A stretch of DNA of 64,000 nucleotides from Vulcanimicrobiota bacterium. GTDB taxonomy: Bacteria; Vulcanimicrobiota; Vulcanimicrobiia; Vulcanimicrobiales; Vulcanimicrobiaceae. Every line of letters begins with the position of its first letter. Position 1 is the first letter of the stretch. A model generated the notes under the pieces. It saw nothing but the letters and a program-made list of their open reading frames with translations, made no database searches and was not told the DNA's origin. The stretch is taken from contig CAWAXX010000014.1 of NCBI GenBank assembly GCA_963786105.1, positions 1-64,000 of the forward strand, in the 5' to 3' direction. This document shows, one piece after another, positions 18,648 to 29,432 of this stretch. The translations under genes were made by a program, and so were the position numbers.

Positions 18648-20910
18648 GTGACCCAGCCAAGCATCAACGCCGAGCTTGCGGCACGGCTGAACGACGAGCG
18701 GCAACGCCTCGACGACCTCCGGGCCGATTACGAGTGGATTATGCGAAGCCGCTTTCACGCGCTTCGGGTGCTGTGGTTTTCGCTCAAGCAAGTCCTTGGC
18801 ATCGCGTCGCCCGACGACGTCTTCGCCACCTGGTCCCCCGGCATGGAGCAACGCCCGACCGCCGGCGGCGCAACTAACGGCGGCGCGGCGCTGCGATACG
18901 CGGAGACGTTGCTCGTAGAGGGCTGGAACGAACGCGTGGCGGCGCGTTCGATGGCGGATCCGCCGACGGTCAGCGTCGTCATTCCGGTCTACAACCATCG
19001 CGACGTTACCGTGCGGTGCCTTCAATCGATCGCGGAGTCGTGGTTCGAAACCCTGAACGTGCAGTTCATCGTCGTCGACGACGGATCGTTCGACGGCACA
19101 TCCGACGTCGTCACGGCGCTGGCCGGCGTCGACTACGTGCGCAGCGGAAAGAACGAAGGATTCGTTCGAGCGTGCAATCGCGGAGCCGCCATCGCGCGCG
19201 GTAAGTACGTGTGTTTCCTGAACAACGATACGACCGTAAGCGGCGGCTGGCTGGAACATCTCGTCAATACGGCCGAAACGGATCCGAAGGTCGGCGTCGT
19301 CGGATCGAAGCTCATCTATCCGGACGGCCGGCTGCAGGAAGCCGGAAACATTCTTTGGCGCGACGCCACCGGGTGGAACGTCGGCCACTCCGAGAATCCG
19401 GACGACCCTCGATACAACTTCTTGCGCGATGCCGATTACGTTTCGGGTGCGGCGCTGTTGATTCGCAGGGAACTGTTCGAACGACTGGGCGGGTTCTCCG
19501 AAGCATACCGGCCGGCATATTACGAAGATGCGGATTTATGTTTGGGCGCTCGATCGCTCGGCTATCGCGTCGTGTATCAGCCGCGCTCGGAAATCGTGCA
19601 CTACGAAGGCGTTACGTCGGGTGACGAACGCTCGGGCGTCAAGCGCTTTCAAGAAATCAACCGGCCAAAGTTCCGCGAGAAGTGGGCGGCCGTACTCGGA
19701 ACGCATTTTGAAAACAACCATGCGAACGTCGTGCCGGCATGGCGGCGAGGCAGCCCCGGCAAGACCATCCTGATCGTCGACTCGTACGTTCCGCTTTACG
19801 ATCACGAGGCCGGTTCGCAGCGAATGCTGCACATCGTCAAGATGTTGCGCGATGCCGGCTATTCCGTCGTGTTTCCTTCCCGACAACTACGCACCGTTGC
19901 AGCCGTACACGCACGAGTTACAGCAGCTCGGCGTGGAAGTGCTCCACCACATCGACGGCGGCAAAACGCTGCAAGAGGCGCTCGCCGACGTCCTCCCGCT
20001 GGTGGATATCGCTTGGATTAGCCGCCCGGATCTCTTTCAAAAGTACGCTCCGCTGGTGCGCGCGGCTCCGCGAGTTCGAATCATTTACGACACCGTCGAT
20101 CTCGGCCACGTCCGCCGTCGGCGGCAGGCCGAGTTGTTGGGCGAAGACGACGCAGGCTGGCGCGAGATGTTGAACGTTGAGTCCGACTGCGCTCGAAACG
20201 CCGACGTAACCGTCGTCGTTACGGCCGATGAGAAGCTCGTTCTCGAGGACCTCGGCTTCGGAAACGTCTTCGTGATTCCGACGATTCACGATGTGGTTGC
20301 CGGCGAAGAGCGCCGGTTTGCCGACACCGCCGGGCTGCTTTTCATCGCGAACTACAACCATCCGCCCAACGTCGATGCCGTTGCGTGGCTATGCGAAGCC
20401 GTCATGCCGGTCGTTTGGCAGAAACTCCCGGACGTCACGCTAACGCTCGTCGGGAGCAATCCTTCTCAGGCCGTCCTCGCCTTGAAGTCGGAACGCGTGC
20501 GAGTGACCGGATTCGTCCGCGACGTCTCGCCGCACTTTTTGAGAAGCCGCATCTTCGTCGCCCCGTTGCGCTTCGGCGCCGGAATGAAGGGCAAGGTCGG
20601 TCATGCCCTTTCGTACGCTCTACCGGTCATCACCACGCCGGTTGGCGCCGAAGGCCTCGGTTTGCGCCACGACGAGAACGCCGTGCTTGCCGAGGCGGAC
20701 CCGGAAACGTTTGCCGACGCGATCGTTTCGCTTTACGGTGACGAGCAGCGTTGGAAGCGGATCTCGGCCGCCGCAGCGGCCACGCTGCAGCCGTTTTCTT
20801 CTGAGGTGGTTGCCGTTCCGCTGCGATCGCTCCTCGAGCGTTTGGCTCTATGCCCACTTAGAGCGACTGCAGGACGTCGTCGAGTCGTTGCGCGACCGCG
20901 CTCGGCGTGA
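18648..20910 (+). CDS. GT2-GT4 bifunctional glycosyltransferase; frameshift near 19875
   Basis: VSVVIPVYN, VVDDGS, FLNND, YYEDAD (GT2), then HPPNVDA, APLRFGAGMKGK (GT4-like) in ORF 19852-20910. Confidence 0.9.
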
Positions 20911-22778
20911 ATTGCGCGGCGATCGCGCGGCCGGCCTCGGCGAGAGCGTCCCACGATGCGGCGTCCTCGTGAAGGCGCACGATGCGCGCGGCCAACCGCT
21001 CCGGCGCGTCGTCGATCGCATCGTATTGTCCGGAATCGAAGATGCCTTCGGCACCGACCGCCGTCGTGACGACCGGGATGCCGCGCGCCAGCGCGTAGAT
21101 GATTTTTCCCTTCAGGCCCGCGCCGAATCGAATCGGCGCGGCAAAGACGCGAGCCCGTGCGAGCAGCGCGTCAACGTCGGCAACGTAGCCGGTTACTTCG
21201 ACGTCGGGCTGCGCCAGCGCGCGCACCGCGCGCGTCGGATCCGCGCCCGCAAGCGTCAGGTGCACGCCGGGCAAGCCGCTGCCACACTAGCGGCATAATC
21301 GCCGTAGCGAGCCACCAGGCGGCATCGACGTTTGGCGCGTGCGCGTAGTTTCCAAGAAACACGATGCCTCGTCGCGATTCCCACCCGGGCAGCTTCTCGG
21401 TAACGGCGGGTTCGATCACCGGGATTTCGCAGACGTGCGCGATGCCGTCCGCGCGGAGCCGATCGCGTTCGGGGGCGCCGGTCGCTACCGTAACGTCGGC
21501 TGCGCGGGCGAGGTGCAGTTCTCGTTGCTGCATCGACTGCCAGCGCGTGCGCGTGCCGCGTATCTCCTGTTCGCGCCGGAGACGCACGTAGTGAAGATCG
21601 ACGGTGTCGAACACGATTCGCGGGTTGAAGTCTCGGCGAAACGCCGATAAGACGCGCGCGGCCGGTCCCTGCCGGCATAACCAGACCGCGTCGACGGCGA
21701 TGTGGAGCCGTTTCAATGCAGAAACCGAGCCCGGGCCGAACCCGCAGATCAACTCGACGCCGAGATCGCGAAGAACGTCGGAATAGGGCTGGTAATCGTT
21801 GCGATCGAGGCTGCCGAAGATGACGTGCCATCCGCGCTTGCGTAGGAGCTCGATCAGGAAGAAGATGCGGCGCGATCCGGCGTCGCGGTCGGTAAACGGC
21901 ACGTGCTCGTCCACGACGACGATCGTTCGCGTGCCGGACAACCGCCGCGCGGCGCGCTCGATCTGATCTGGATTCGGCTCCATGTGGTCGCCCAACGCGT
22001 CGTGCCATTTGGCGGCGAATCGCCGGCGGCTGAGCTCCTGCATCGCGCGTGCCTCTGCGCGCAGGTTACTGCCGTAGCTCGCGCCTTCCGCATGACCGAC
22101 GATCGACCGAGGCTGATACCGTATCCGGTAGCCTTTTGCACGTAGAGCGAAACATAAGTCGGTATCTTCGTAGTAAGCCGGAGCCAGGTCGGATGCGAAT
22201 CCGCCGGTTTCCGTAAACGCACTCGTTCGCACCATCAGGCTGGCGCCCGAGCCGTAATCCACGTCGCGGGGGCTGCGGTAGCGCCAATCGCCCGGCGAGT
22301 CGCCGCGTCCATAGTTCGACCCCTGCGCGTCGCGCCATATGACGCCGCCGGCATCGGCGAGCGAGCCGTCGGGATACCGAAGCTGCGAAACGACGGCGCC
22401 GACGCGCTCGTCGCTTTCAAACGCATCGAGCAGCGGGCGCAACCAGCCGTTTTCGACGAGCGCATCGTTATTGAGAAAATGCAGGTACGCACCACGCGCC
22501 GTCGCCGCGCCGGCGTTGCACGCGACGCTGAATCCCCCATTACGCTCGAGGCGAACGACGCGAATACCGGTGCATTGCTCGAGAACCTCCGCCGTTCGAT
22601 CCGTTGAGGCGTCGTCGACCACGATGACTTCTGAAGAGATAGTGGAATCGTTTGCGCGCGCGAGCGCTCGCAGACATCCGTTCGTGTAGCGCCATTGATT
22701 GAAAACCGGAACGACGATCGAGACCAGCGGAGCGTCGGCAGCGCCTGGGAATTCGACCGGAGAAGGAGTAGCGGGCAA
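20858..22778 (-). CDS. GT2-GT4 bifunctional glycosyltransferase paralog; frameshift near 21275; true start may lie upstream
   Basis: VSIVVPVFN, FLNND, YYEDTD, HAPNVDA; APIRFGAGLKGK in ORF 20858-21274. Confidence 0.88.
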
Positions 22779-22911
22779 GCGCCAGGCACGGCGAACGGCG
22801 CGCGCGCGACGTAACGTCGCAGCTTTCGCGACGGCGCGCCCGCGCAGCCACCGCTGCGCGCGTTGAAGGAAGACGAGGGGACCGTGCGCGACCCCGACGT
22901 TCCAAGCTTTT

Positions 22912-23457
22912 CTAAATATAGCCCACTCGGATCAGCATAATGCTGAGTTCGCGCCGGTCGTCGTTGAGGCCGATGTTCTTCGGTACCCATTTTATCGACA
23001 TCGCCAACGACGCGGGGAGATGGCGCTTCCGGCGAAGCGGCGCCGGTATCGTGACCGTCACGTCTTGCATGCCGGGCGATAGTTCGGCCGGCGGTCCGGC
23101 CGGTTTTCCATTGAAGCGAACGACGACGCGTTCGTGATTCTTCGTTAATGGTTCGACCGACGGAATGTAAAAGGTAAAGACCGCGAGTTGCGATCCGGGT
23201 GGATTGTCGAGCACGAGCAGTGAGGTTCCGGCGAGGAAGCAACACGTCTTGGGCGTATCCGACGGATAAATTCCCGCTCGTCGCGAGCCTGCCCAATCCG
23301 CGGGCGGCACGAGCCCGGCCGGATAGACTGTCGCCGGCGCAGCGGCGCCGCTACTTCCTTCGGCCGTCGCATCGCTGCGTTCGTGCGAACAGGCGGCGAG
23401 AAGCGCTATCGAAGCGAGCAACGCGGCGCGGAGGCAAGTGGCGAGCGCATTCGTCAT
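22912..23457 (-). CDS. Hypothetical lipoprotein with beta-sandwich-like domain
   Basis: MTNALATCLRAALLASIALLAAC lipobox; GIY...CCF; C-terminal GLNDDRRELS motif. Confidence 0.75.
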   Translation of the reverse strand: MTNALATCLRAALLASIALLAACSHERSDATAEGSSGAAAPATVYPAGLVPPADWAGSRRAGIYPSDTPKTCCFLAGTSLLVLDNPPGSQLAVFTFYIPSVEPLTKNHERVVVRFNGKPAGPPAELSPGMQDVTVTIPAPLRRKRHLPASLAMSIKWVPKNIGLNDDRRELSIMLIRVGYI

Positions 23458-23467
23458 CGGTAGCCGC

Positions 23468-24056
23468 CTATTTGAAGTAGAGGTAGAGAACGACGACGCC
23501 GAGATGCCGCGTGTCGCCCTCGCTGTCGGCCGATCGCAGGCGAAGGAGCGACAGCAGTGAGCGCGAGGGCGGGTTGTCCCGGCTGGGAACGTAGTCGACG
23601 GCGCTCGCGACCGCAATCGGTACTAATCCCGTCGCGCGGCGAAGTTTTTTCGGAAGCGGTATCGCGACCGTCAGCTGCTGCCCGGGCTGCAGACTTCGGC
23701 GTAGCCGCGGCGCGGCGTCGCCGGGAAGAGCAATCGTCACCATTTGGCCGCCGGAAAACCGCGGGACGTTAGGGACTCGAAAGCCGCCGACGAGTTGTTC
23801 TGCAGGGCCGCGTTTGCGCACCAAGAGCGTCGCGCGCGGCGCGATCCAGCAACAGGAAAATGCCTCCGAGCCTTCCAGATATAACCCATTGAACGCTGCC
23901 GGACCGTCGCCCACGTTGGTGGGAACGGCAACGTCCGGCGGTGCAATCGTGCCGTGAAGATGAAAAGACGACGTGTCGTAAACGGCGTCGCGCGGCCCGC
24001 AAGCGGAAAGCAGCGCCACGCCGGCCGCGAGCGCAAACGAGCGGGAAGGCTTCCAT
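23468..24056 (-). CDS. Hypothetical lipoprotein, paralog of the neighbour
   Basis: LLSAC lipobox; GLY...CCW; C-terminal GDTRHLG. Removing one G after ATG 24056 gives MKPSRSFALAAGVALLSAC. Confidence 0.72.
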
Positions 24057-24082
24057 AGCGCAGCCGCGCAAAGGGCGAATCG

Positions 24083-26080
24083 ATGCTTGCACTGACGCAT
24101 TTTGTAGTAGGGCTCGCCATCGCACATCTAACGTTGCTCGTCTTCTTTTTGATTGGCGCGGCGGCCTTCCCGTGGTGCGATTCGGTGGACGATGTGGAAC
24201 GTCCGTCGCGCGTCATGATGCGCGTAGCGTGTACCTGCGCGCTGGGAATGGCAATCGCCGGTCTGGCGCTGTTCCTCGCCGGCACGATCGGACTGCTCAC
24301 GATCCCGGGGATCGCCGCAACCCTCGCGCTGGCATTTTCCGTCGCGTGCGTCGCCGGGCGGCGTTCGCCGTTACGTGCGGCGTTTTGGCGAGCTCGCGTT
24401 CGCGCGCTCACGCGCTGCTGGAGTTGGCCGCTGGCTGCGGTATACGTTGCGCTGATCGTCATCGCCACGCGAGCCGTCATTCCCGAAGGCACCGGATACT
24501 CGGACGCGATCTTCTATCACCTCGCGTACGCGCAGGATTGGGCCAATGCCGGCCGCCTGGTCGTCGATCCGTACATGGCGTTCATCTTTTATGCCAATAA
24601 CTTCTTGTTGCTGTTCGCCGCGTGGATCGTGGTGGGCGCCGGCGCCTACGCGCAGTTTTTAACGTGGTCGACCGGCCTGTTGATGGCGCTCGCGCTCTAC
24701 GCGGCCATCGACGACTCGAACTATTCGCAAAAAAATGCCGGTTGGCACGCGATCGTCGGCCTGCTCGCGGTCTTTTCCGTCATCTCCGCCGCGATCTTTC
24801 TGGACTATTCGGTGCTGGGATATATCGACGTTCCGATCGGCGCGATGGCGCTGCTCTCCGTCGTCGCCGTCGTGTTGGCGATACGCGACCGCAAACCCCA
24901 ATGGCTGATCGCGGCGGCGACGATCGCCGGATTTCTCGTCGGTATGAAAGCGTCGTTCGTTCTGTTGACGCCGATTTTCTTCGTCGGGCTCGTGTGGGGC
25001 GGACTGGCAATCGGCATGCGGCGGACGGCCATCGCCGGTGTGCTGGCGGTCCTGTGCGCCGTCGCCGCGCCGTGGTACGTGCGCAACTGGATCTTGGCCG
25101 GCGACCCCATCGCACCGGCGCTCAACATCGCGCTGCACGGGAACGACGGCCTTTGGAGGGTCGCGGAATGGAACGGGCTGTGGCAAGACATGGCGACGTC
25201 GAGATCGCCGCGGGCCTTTCTCACCCTCCCGTTGCGGGCGTATCTGCATCCGCTTTCGGCCGACTTCCGCGAATACGGCGCATCCGGGCTCGTGCTGTTC
25301 CTCTACATTCCCGCTATCGTCGCGATTGTGGTGGTCGCGTTTCGGCGGCGACTGCCGGCCGAACTGGCCATCCCGATATTCATCGTGTCGGCCTTCGCGC
25401 TGTACTGGTTCGGGACGACGTCGTTGTTACGCTACGCATTGTTGTTCTATCCGCTTCTCGCACTGTGCGTGGGCATGCTGCTGGTCCAGTTAATGGCGTT
25501 GCGCCCCAGACTGGCGCCCCTCGCTCTCGCACTGGCCGTCGTCGCCGCGCTCCCCGTCTTTTCGAGTCTCAGCCCCGACGGCGATTTTATTCAGAACGAC
25601 CTTTTGAGCGACGCGCACGCATTTCTACACTACGCCGGCGAGCAAGCGTTTCTCAACCAGAACGACGAGGGCTACCCGGACGAGCAGCTGGCCGCGGCCT
25701 GGATGCGGCGCCATGGATATTCGGGCAACGTTTTCGTGATCAGCGATAACGCCTTCGATTACTATTTTCGCCGCAACGGCGTCACGAGCATCGGCAACTG
25801 GACCGGGCCCGCCGGCTGGTTTCGATTGCTTCAGGCAATCGATGCCGGCGAAGCCGCCGAGTTTCTCAACGGCCTCGGTACGCGGGCGGTATTTCTCAGC
25901 CCGCAGCAGTTGATCGACGCGGGGGTCGAGCACGTGCTCGTCGAGCAGCTCGAAAGCGCGGGCTACCGCGAGGTTCCGATGACCCCCGGCAGCGTGTACC
26001 ACTTTTACGTGCGCGCTGCCGAGGCTAATCTCGGCCGGGTGAAACCTTCGTCATACGAGGAAAACGCCGGTAAAGGTTGA
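24083..26080 (+). CDS. Multi-pass membrane protein, probable GT-C fold glycosyltransferase
   Basis: More than 12 hydrophobic segments; DAIFYHL loop, GYIDVP, VGMK, PWYVRNW..GDP and RY motifs typical of ArnT/PMT-like enzymes. Confidence 0.75.
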   Translation: MLALTHFVVGLAIAHLTLLVFFLIGAAAFPWCDSVDDVERPSRVMMRVACTCALGMAIAGLALFLAGTIGLLTIPGIAATLALAFSVACVAGRRSPLRAAFWRARVRALTRCWSWPLAAVYVALIVIATRAVIPEGTGYSDAIFYHLAYAQDWANAGRLVVDPYMAFIFYANNFLLLFAAWIVVGAGAYAQFLTWSTGLLMALALYAAIDDSNYSQKNAGWHAIVGLLAVFSVISAAIFLDYSVLGYIDVPIGAMALLSVVAVVLAIRDRKPQWLIAAATIAGFLVGMKASFVLLTPIFFVGLVWGGLAIGMRRTAIAGVLAVLCAVAAPWYVRNWILAGDPIAPALNIALHGNDGLWRVAEWNGLWQDMATSRSPRAFLTLPLRAYLHPLSADFREYGASGLVLFLYIPAIVAIVVVAFRRRLPAELAIPIFIVSAFALYWFGTTSLLRYALLFYPLLALCVGMLLVQLMALRPRLAPLALALAVVAALPVFSSLSPDGDFIQNDLLSDAHAFLHYAGEQAFLNQNDEGYPDEQLAAAWMRRHGYSGNVFVISDNAFDYYFRRNGVTSIGNWTGPAGWFRLLQAIDAGEAAEFLNGLGTRAVFLSPQQLIDAGVEHVLVEQLESAGYREVPMTPGSVYHFYVRAAEANLGRVKPSSYEENAGKG

Positions 26081-27047
26081 CCAGCAGTTCGTGGCTCGTC
26101 TTTTGCGCGAACTGGACGTCGTACATCAAGGCGTTGAGGATCAGCTGGAAACCCATCAGGAAGGGGAGGACGGCGAGCATGACGGTTCCGGTCGAGCGCG
26201 ATTCGTGCGTGACGGAGCTTACGATCCACTGATACGCTCCCCATCCGCCGCCTGCCAGCAACAACAGGATGCCGAACACTAAGTAAATCGAGCCCAGGTT
26301 GACGTCGAAGATGAAGTATTGCAGCATGATGCGCCGCAGCATCAGCCTGAACAGCTTCGGCGGAAACTCCCCAAGCACGGCGGGGATTGAAAGCGAGCTT
26401 CGCGCGCCGTTGTAAATCGTCGGCATCTCCAGCTCGAGGATCGGAAGCCGCTTCAACCCGAGCTCGCAGAGCACGGAGATCTCGAAAAAATACGAATCGG
26501 CAAACGACTGCCAGGGGAGTAACGCCAGCAGCGCGGCGTTAAAGGCGATGTACCCGTTGGTCGGATCGATGACGTTCCAGTATCCCGACGCGAACTTTGC
26601 GAGAATCGAAAGTACCGCGTTGCCGAACAAGCGCCGCCGCGGCATCCGCAGGACCACCGAAGAGTCGAAGAAGCGATTTCCCTTGATGCACACCAGCGTC
26701 GCGTCGGCCTCGAACAGATCGCGAATGATGCCGATGAACGACGCATCCATTTGCCCGTCGGCATCGAGCTTGACGATCAGATCGGCGCCGTTATCGATGC
26801 AAAATGCGATGCCGGTCTTCATGGCCGCGCCAACGCCGCCGTTGCGATCGCGCCGAAGCACGCGTACGTTTTCGACGGTGTGGAAGGCCGCTTCGGCCGC
26901 CGAACCCGAGCCTTCCGGACACCCGTCGTCGACGACGACGACCTCATCGGCGTATTGGAGGGCCTGCCCGACGACGTTGGCGATCGTATCGGCGGCGCGA
27001 AACGCGGGAATGACGCAAAAGAGCCGCTGCCGGCCCGCGCCTTCCAC
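26025..27047 (-). CDS. GT2 polyprenol-phosphate glycosyltransferase (DPM1/ArnC-like)
   Basis: VVVVDDGC, N.GVG.A, KLDADGQMD, GNRF, DPTNGY; two C-terminal TM helices. Confidence 0.9.
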   Translation of the reverse strand: MEGAGRQRLFCVIPAFRAADTIANVVGQALQYADEVVVVDDGCPEGSGSAAEAAFHTVENVRVLRRDRNGGVGAAMKTGIAFCIDNGADLIVKLDADGQMDASFIGIIRDLFEADATLVCIKGNRFFDSSVVLRMPRRRLFGNAVLSILAKFASGYWNVIDPTNGYIAFNAALLALLPWQSFADSYFFEISVLCELGLKRLPILELEMPTIYNGARSSLSIPAVLGEFPPKLFRLMLRRIMLQYFIFDVNLGSIYLVFGILLLLAGGGWGAYQWIVSSVTHESRSTGTVMLAVLPFLMGFQLILNALMYDVQFAQKTSHELLVNLYRRFPRMTKVSPGRD

Positions 27048-27060
27048 CCTCGGAGCCTAC

Positions 27061-27876
27061 CTACCTCGGCGGCGGCGAACTAGCGGGCGGGTTCGCGGGC
27101 GCGGGGCTCGCGAGCGGAACGCTTGCCGCAGCGCCGAGTCCGAGTTTTGCGCACATCTGCACCATGGTTGTGGTAGCGGCCGCGCATCCGTCGGTCAACT
27201 GGGCAAAGAGCGCGTTCACGACCCGATCGAGCGCGTCGTTGGTCGTCGTCGCGTCGTTCACCGGCGGTATCGCGGACGCACCGGGGCCGGCGGCAAAGGC
27301 GATGGAGGCATAGTCGATGGCAACCGAGCTATGCGGATTCGCCGCGAGAATTCCGGCGACGGTCGTTTCGATACGGAGACCGTTGCGCGAACCGTAGCCG
27401 GTCAGATCGCTCGATATCCAGGTAATGGTCGGTTTCCTGAAGCCCACGGCTTTACACGAAACCACTTGCGCGTTGCTCGAGATCTTCGCCCATCCGTGCT
27501 CCCAGACGACGAACGGATCGTTGCTCGTATAGGTGTTCGTGCTTTCGAGAATGATCCCACCGATGACTTGCGGGCCCTTGGAGTTTTCCAGCCCGGGATC
27601 GTTCAAGCATTGATCGCCAAGGTCGTTCGGTCCCCAGGCGAGCCGGGAAACCACCCAGACCGAACCCTTCCCGCTGGCGTGATCGAAAAGCGCCTGCATA
27701 TGGCCCGCTACCTTGTGCGCCAACGCGGCAACGCTTGCGTCGTTGCCTGGAACGAGGACGTAGAAGGTTGGAGCTGCGCTGGCGAGTTCGTTGTCGGCCC
27801 GTGCGGGCAGACCGCCGTTGATAAACAAGATTAACGCCATCATTATGGCCGCCCCGGTACTGCCGTAATGTCTCAT
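27061..27876 (-). CDS. Secreted hypothetical protein
   Basis: Long ORF with signal peptide ending PARA, four Cys, Pro-rich tail. Confidence 0.6.
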   Translation of the reverse strand: MRHYGSTGAAIMMALILFINGGLPARADNELASAAPTFYVLVPGNDASVAALAHKVAGHMQALFDHASGKGSVWVVSRLAWGPNDLGDQCLNDPGLENSKGPQVIGGIILESTNTYTSNDPFVVWEHGWAKISSNAQVVSCKAVGFRKPTITWISSDLTGYGSRNGLRIETTVAGILAANPHSSVAIDYASIAFAAGPGASAIPPVNDATTTNDALDRVVNALFAQLTDGCAAATTTMVQMCAKLGLGAAASVPLASPAPANPPASSPPPR

Positions 27877-27954
27877 CGGCTCTAAGGTTAGCAGGCGTGA
27901 GGAAACTTTCCTGTGCGACGGGGGCAAGAGCTCTGCAGGCTGAAATTACGTTTC

Positions 27955-29425
27955 ATGCATGCGAAGCCGCCCGAAAGAACGTATGCCGGACGTCTCGCTC
28001 AGGAGCGCCACCGCTTCGATTTGGTGTCCGAGTTCGACGACTTGCCGCCGATCTATCACTACTGGTCGAACACGTTCGTGCGCGCCATGCTCGAACGCCT
28101 GGGCTGCTCGTCGCCGCCGAGCTTTCTCGCCCATTATCTGAAGGTGAGCGCCGAGCGCTGTGAGTCCAAACGTCCGGTGTTCTTGAGCATCGGTTCGGGG
28201 GACGGCAATAACGAGCTGGAGATCGCCCAACTTCTCAAGCGAAGCCGGCCAGGACGACTTCCGAATCGAGTGCTTGGAACTCAACCCGACGCTGATCAAA
28301 CGCGCGGCCAAGGAAGCGCGAGATGCCGGACTGGCTTCGCACCTCTCGTTCGTGCGACAGGACTTCAACAAGTGGCGCCCGAGGCGCACGTATCAGGGCG
28401 TCGTCGCGAACCAGTCGTTGCATCACGTAACGAATTTGGAAGGTCTCTTCGATGCCGTACGCCGTGCGCTCGCACCGCGGGCGCTGTTCGCGATCAACGA
28501 CATCATCGGCAGAAACGGACATCAGCGCTGGCCGGAAGCGCAGCATTTGGTCGAGCGGTTTTGGAAGAAGCTGCCGATATCGCACCGGTTTCAACATCAA
28601 TTCAAACGCTACGAGGAGCGTTTTCGCGACTGGGATTGCTCGGCGGTCGGCTTCGAAGGAATCCGCGCGCAAGACGTACTGCCGTTGCTTCTCGAGCGAT
28701 TTCACTTCCACGCGTTCGTCGGATACGGAAACGTCGTCGATCCGTTCGTCGATCGGGGGTTCGGGCCGAACTTCGATGCCGGCGCGCAGTGGGATCGCAC
28801 CTTCATCGATTGCGTGCACGCCTGCGACGAACGCGCACTGCAAGAAGGGTATCTCACGCCGACGCACGTGTTGGCGGTCGTGGCCAACGAGCCAACCGAA
28901 TCCCCGTACTACGCGCGAGGACTCACGCCGCAGGCGGCGGTGCGATCGCCCGATCGCGTCGTCGGCGACGCGGACGTCGAAGCGATGGACCGGGCGCTGT
29001 CGGTGTACTTCGATATTCCACCGGTCGCGACGGAATCCGGTGGTCTTGGCGTGCGGCTTCCGCTCGTCGGTTGCGTCGTGCAGGACGGCGACGCCGTAGG
29101 CGCCTTCGAGGACGGATGGGCCTCGTCGGCGCTGACCTTTTCGGTGGTTCCGGAGCGAGACGTTTCCGGGGTGAACCTTCACGCCACCGTTGCCGAAGGG
29201 ATTGCGCCGGGCACGGACTTCTCCGCCGACGTCAACGGATTTCGAACGAGCATTGCTTCCACGGCGCGGAACCTCGCACTGCACTGTCCCGTACGGCTGC
29301 CGCGAGGGGTGCGGGCGAGGATTCAGCTAACCGTCGGTGCGACGGCGAATCTGAAGGAGCTCGGATTGGGCAGCGACGAGCGCGAGCTCGGTTTTCACGT
29401 GGACGATGTCGTTTTCGAGCCGTAG
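27955..29425 (+). CDS. Class I SAM-dependent methyltransferase with C-terminal Wzt-like domain; frameshift near 28245
   Basis: FLSIGSGDG motif I, ELNP, NQSLHHV, FEGIRAQD; C-terminal RLPLVG...EDGW...DERELG. Confidence 0.85.
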
Positions 29426-29432
29426 CGAGGTG

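Noticed and set aside
16990..18651. Long antisense or alternate-frame ORFs (also 30680-31960, 39639-40790, 45250-46410, 52053-53210)
   Set aside because: Shadow ORFs of well-supported genes in high-GC DNA, with no recognisable motifs.
2122..28300. Pseudogenes or programmed frameshifts in phosphoesterases, glycosyltransferases and the methyltransferase
   Set aside because: No consistent slippery motif; the same defect affects fabF; sequence error is more parsimonious.
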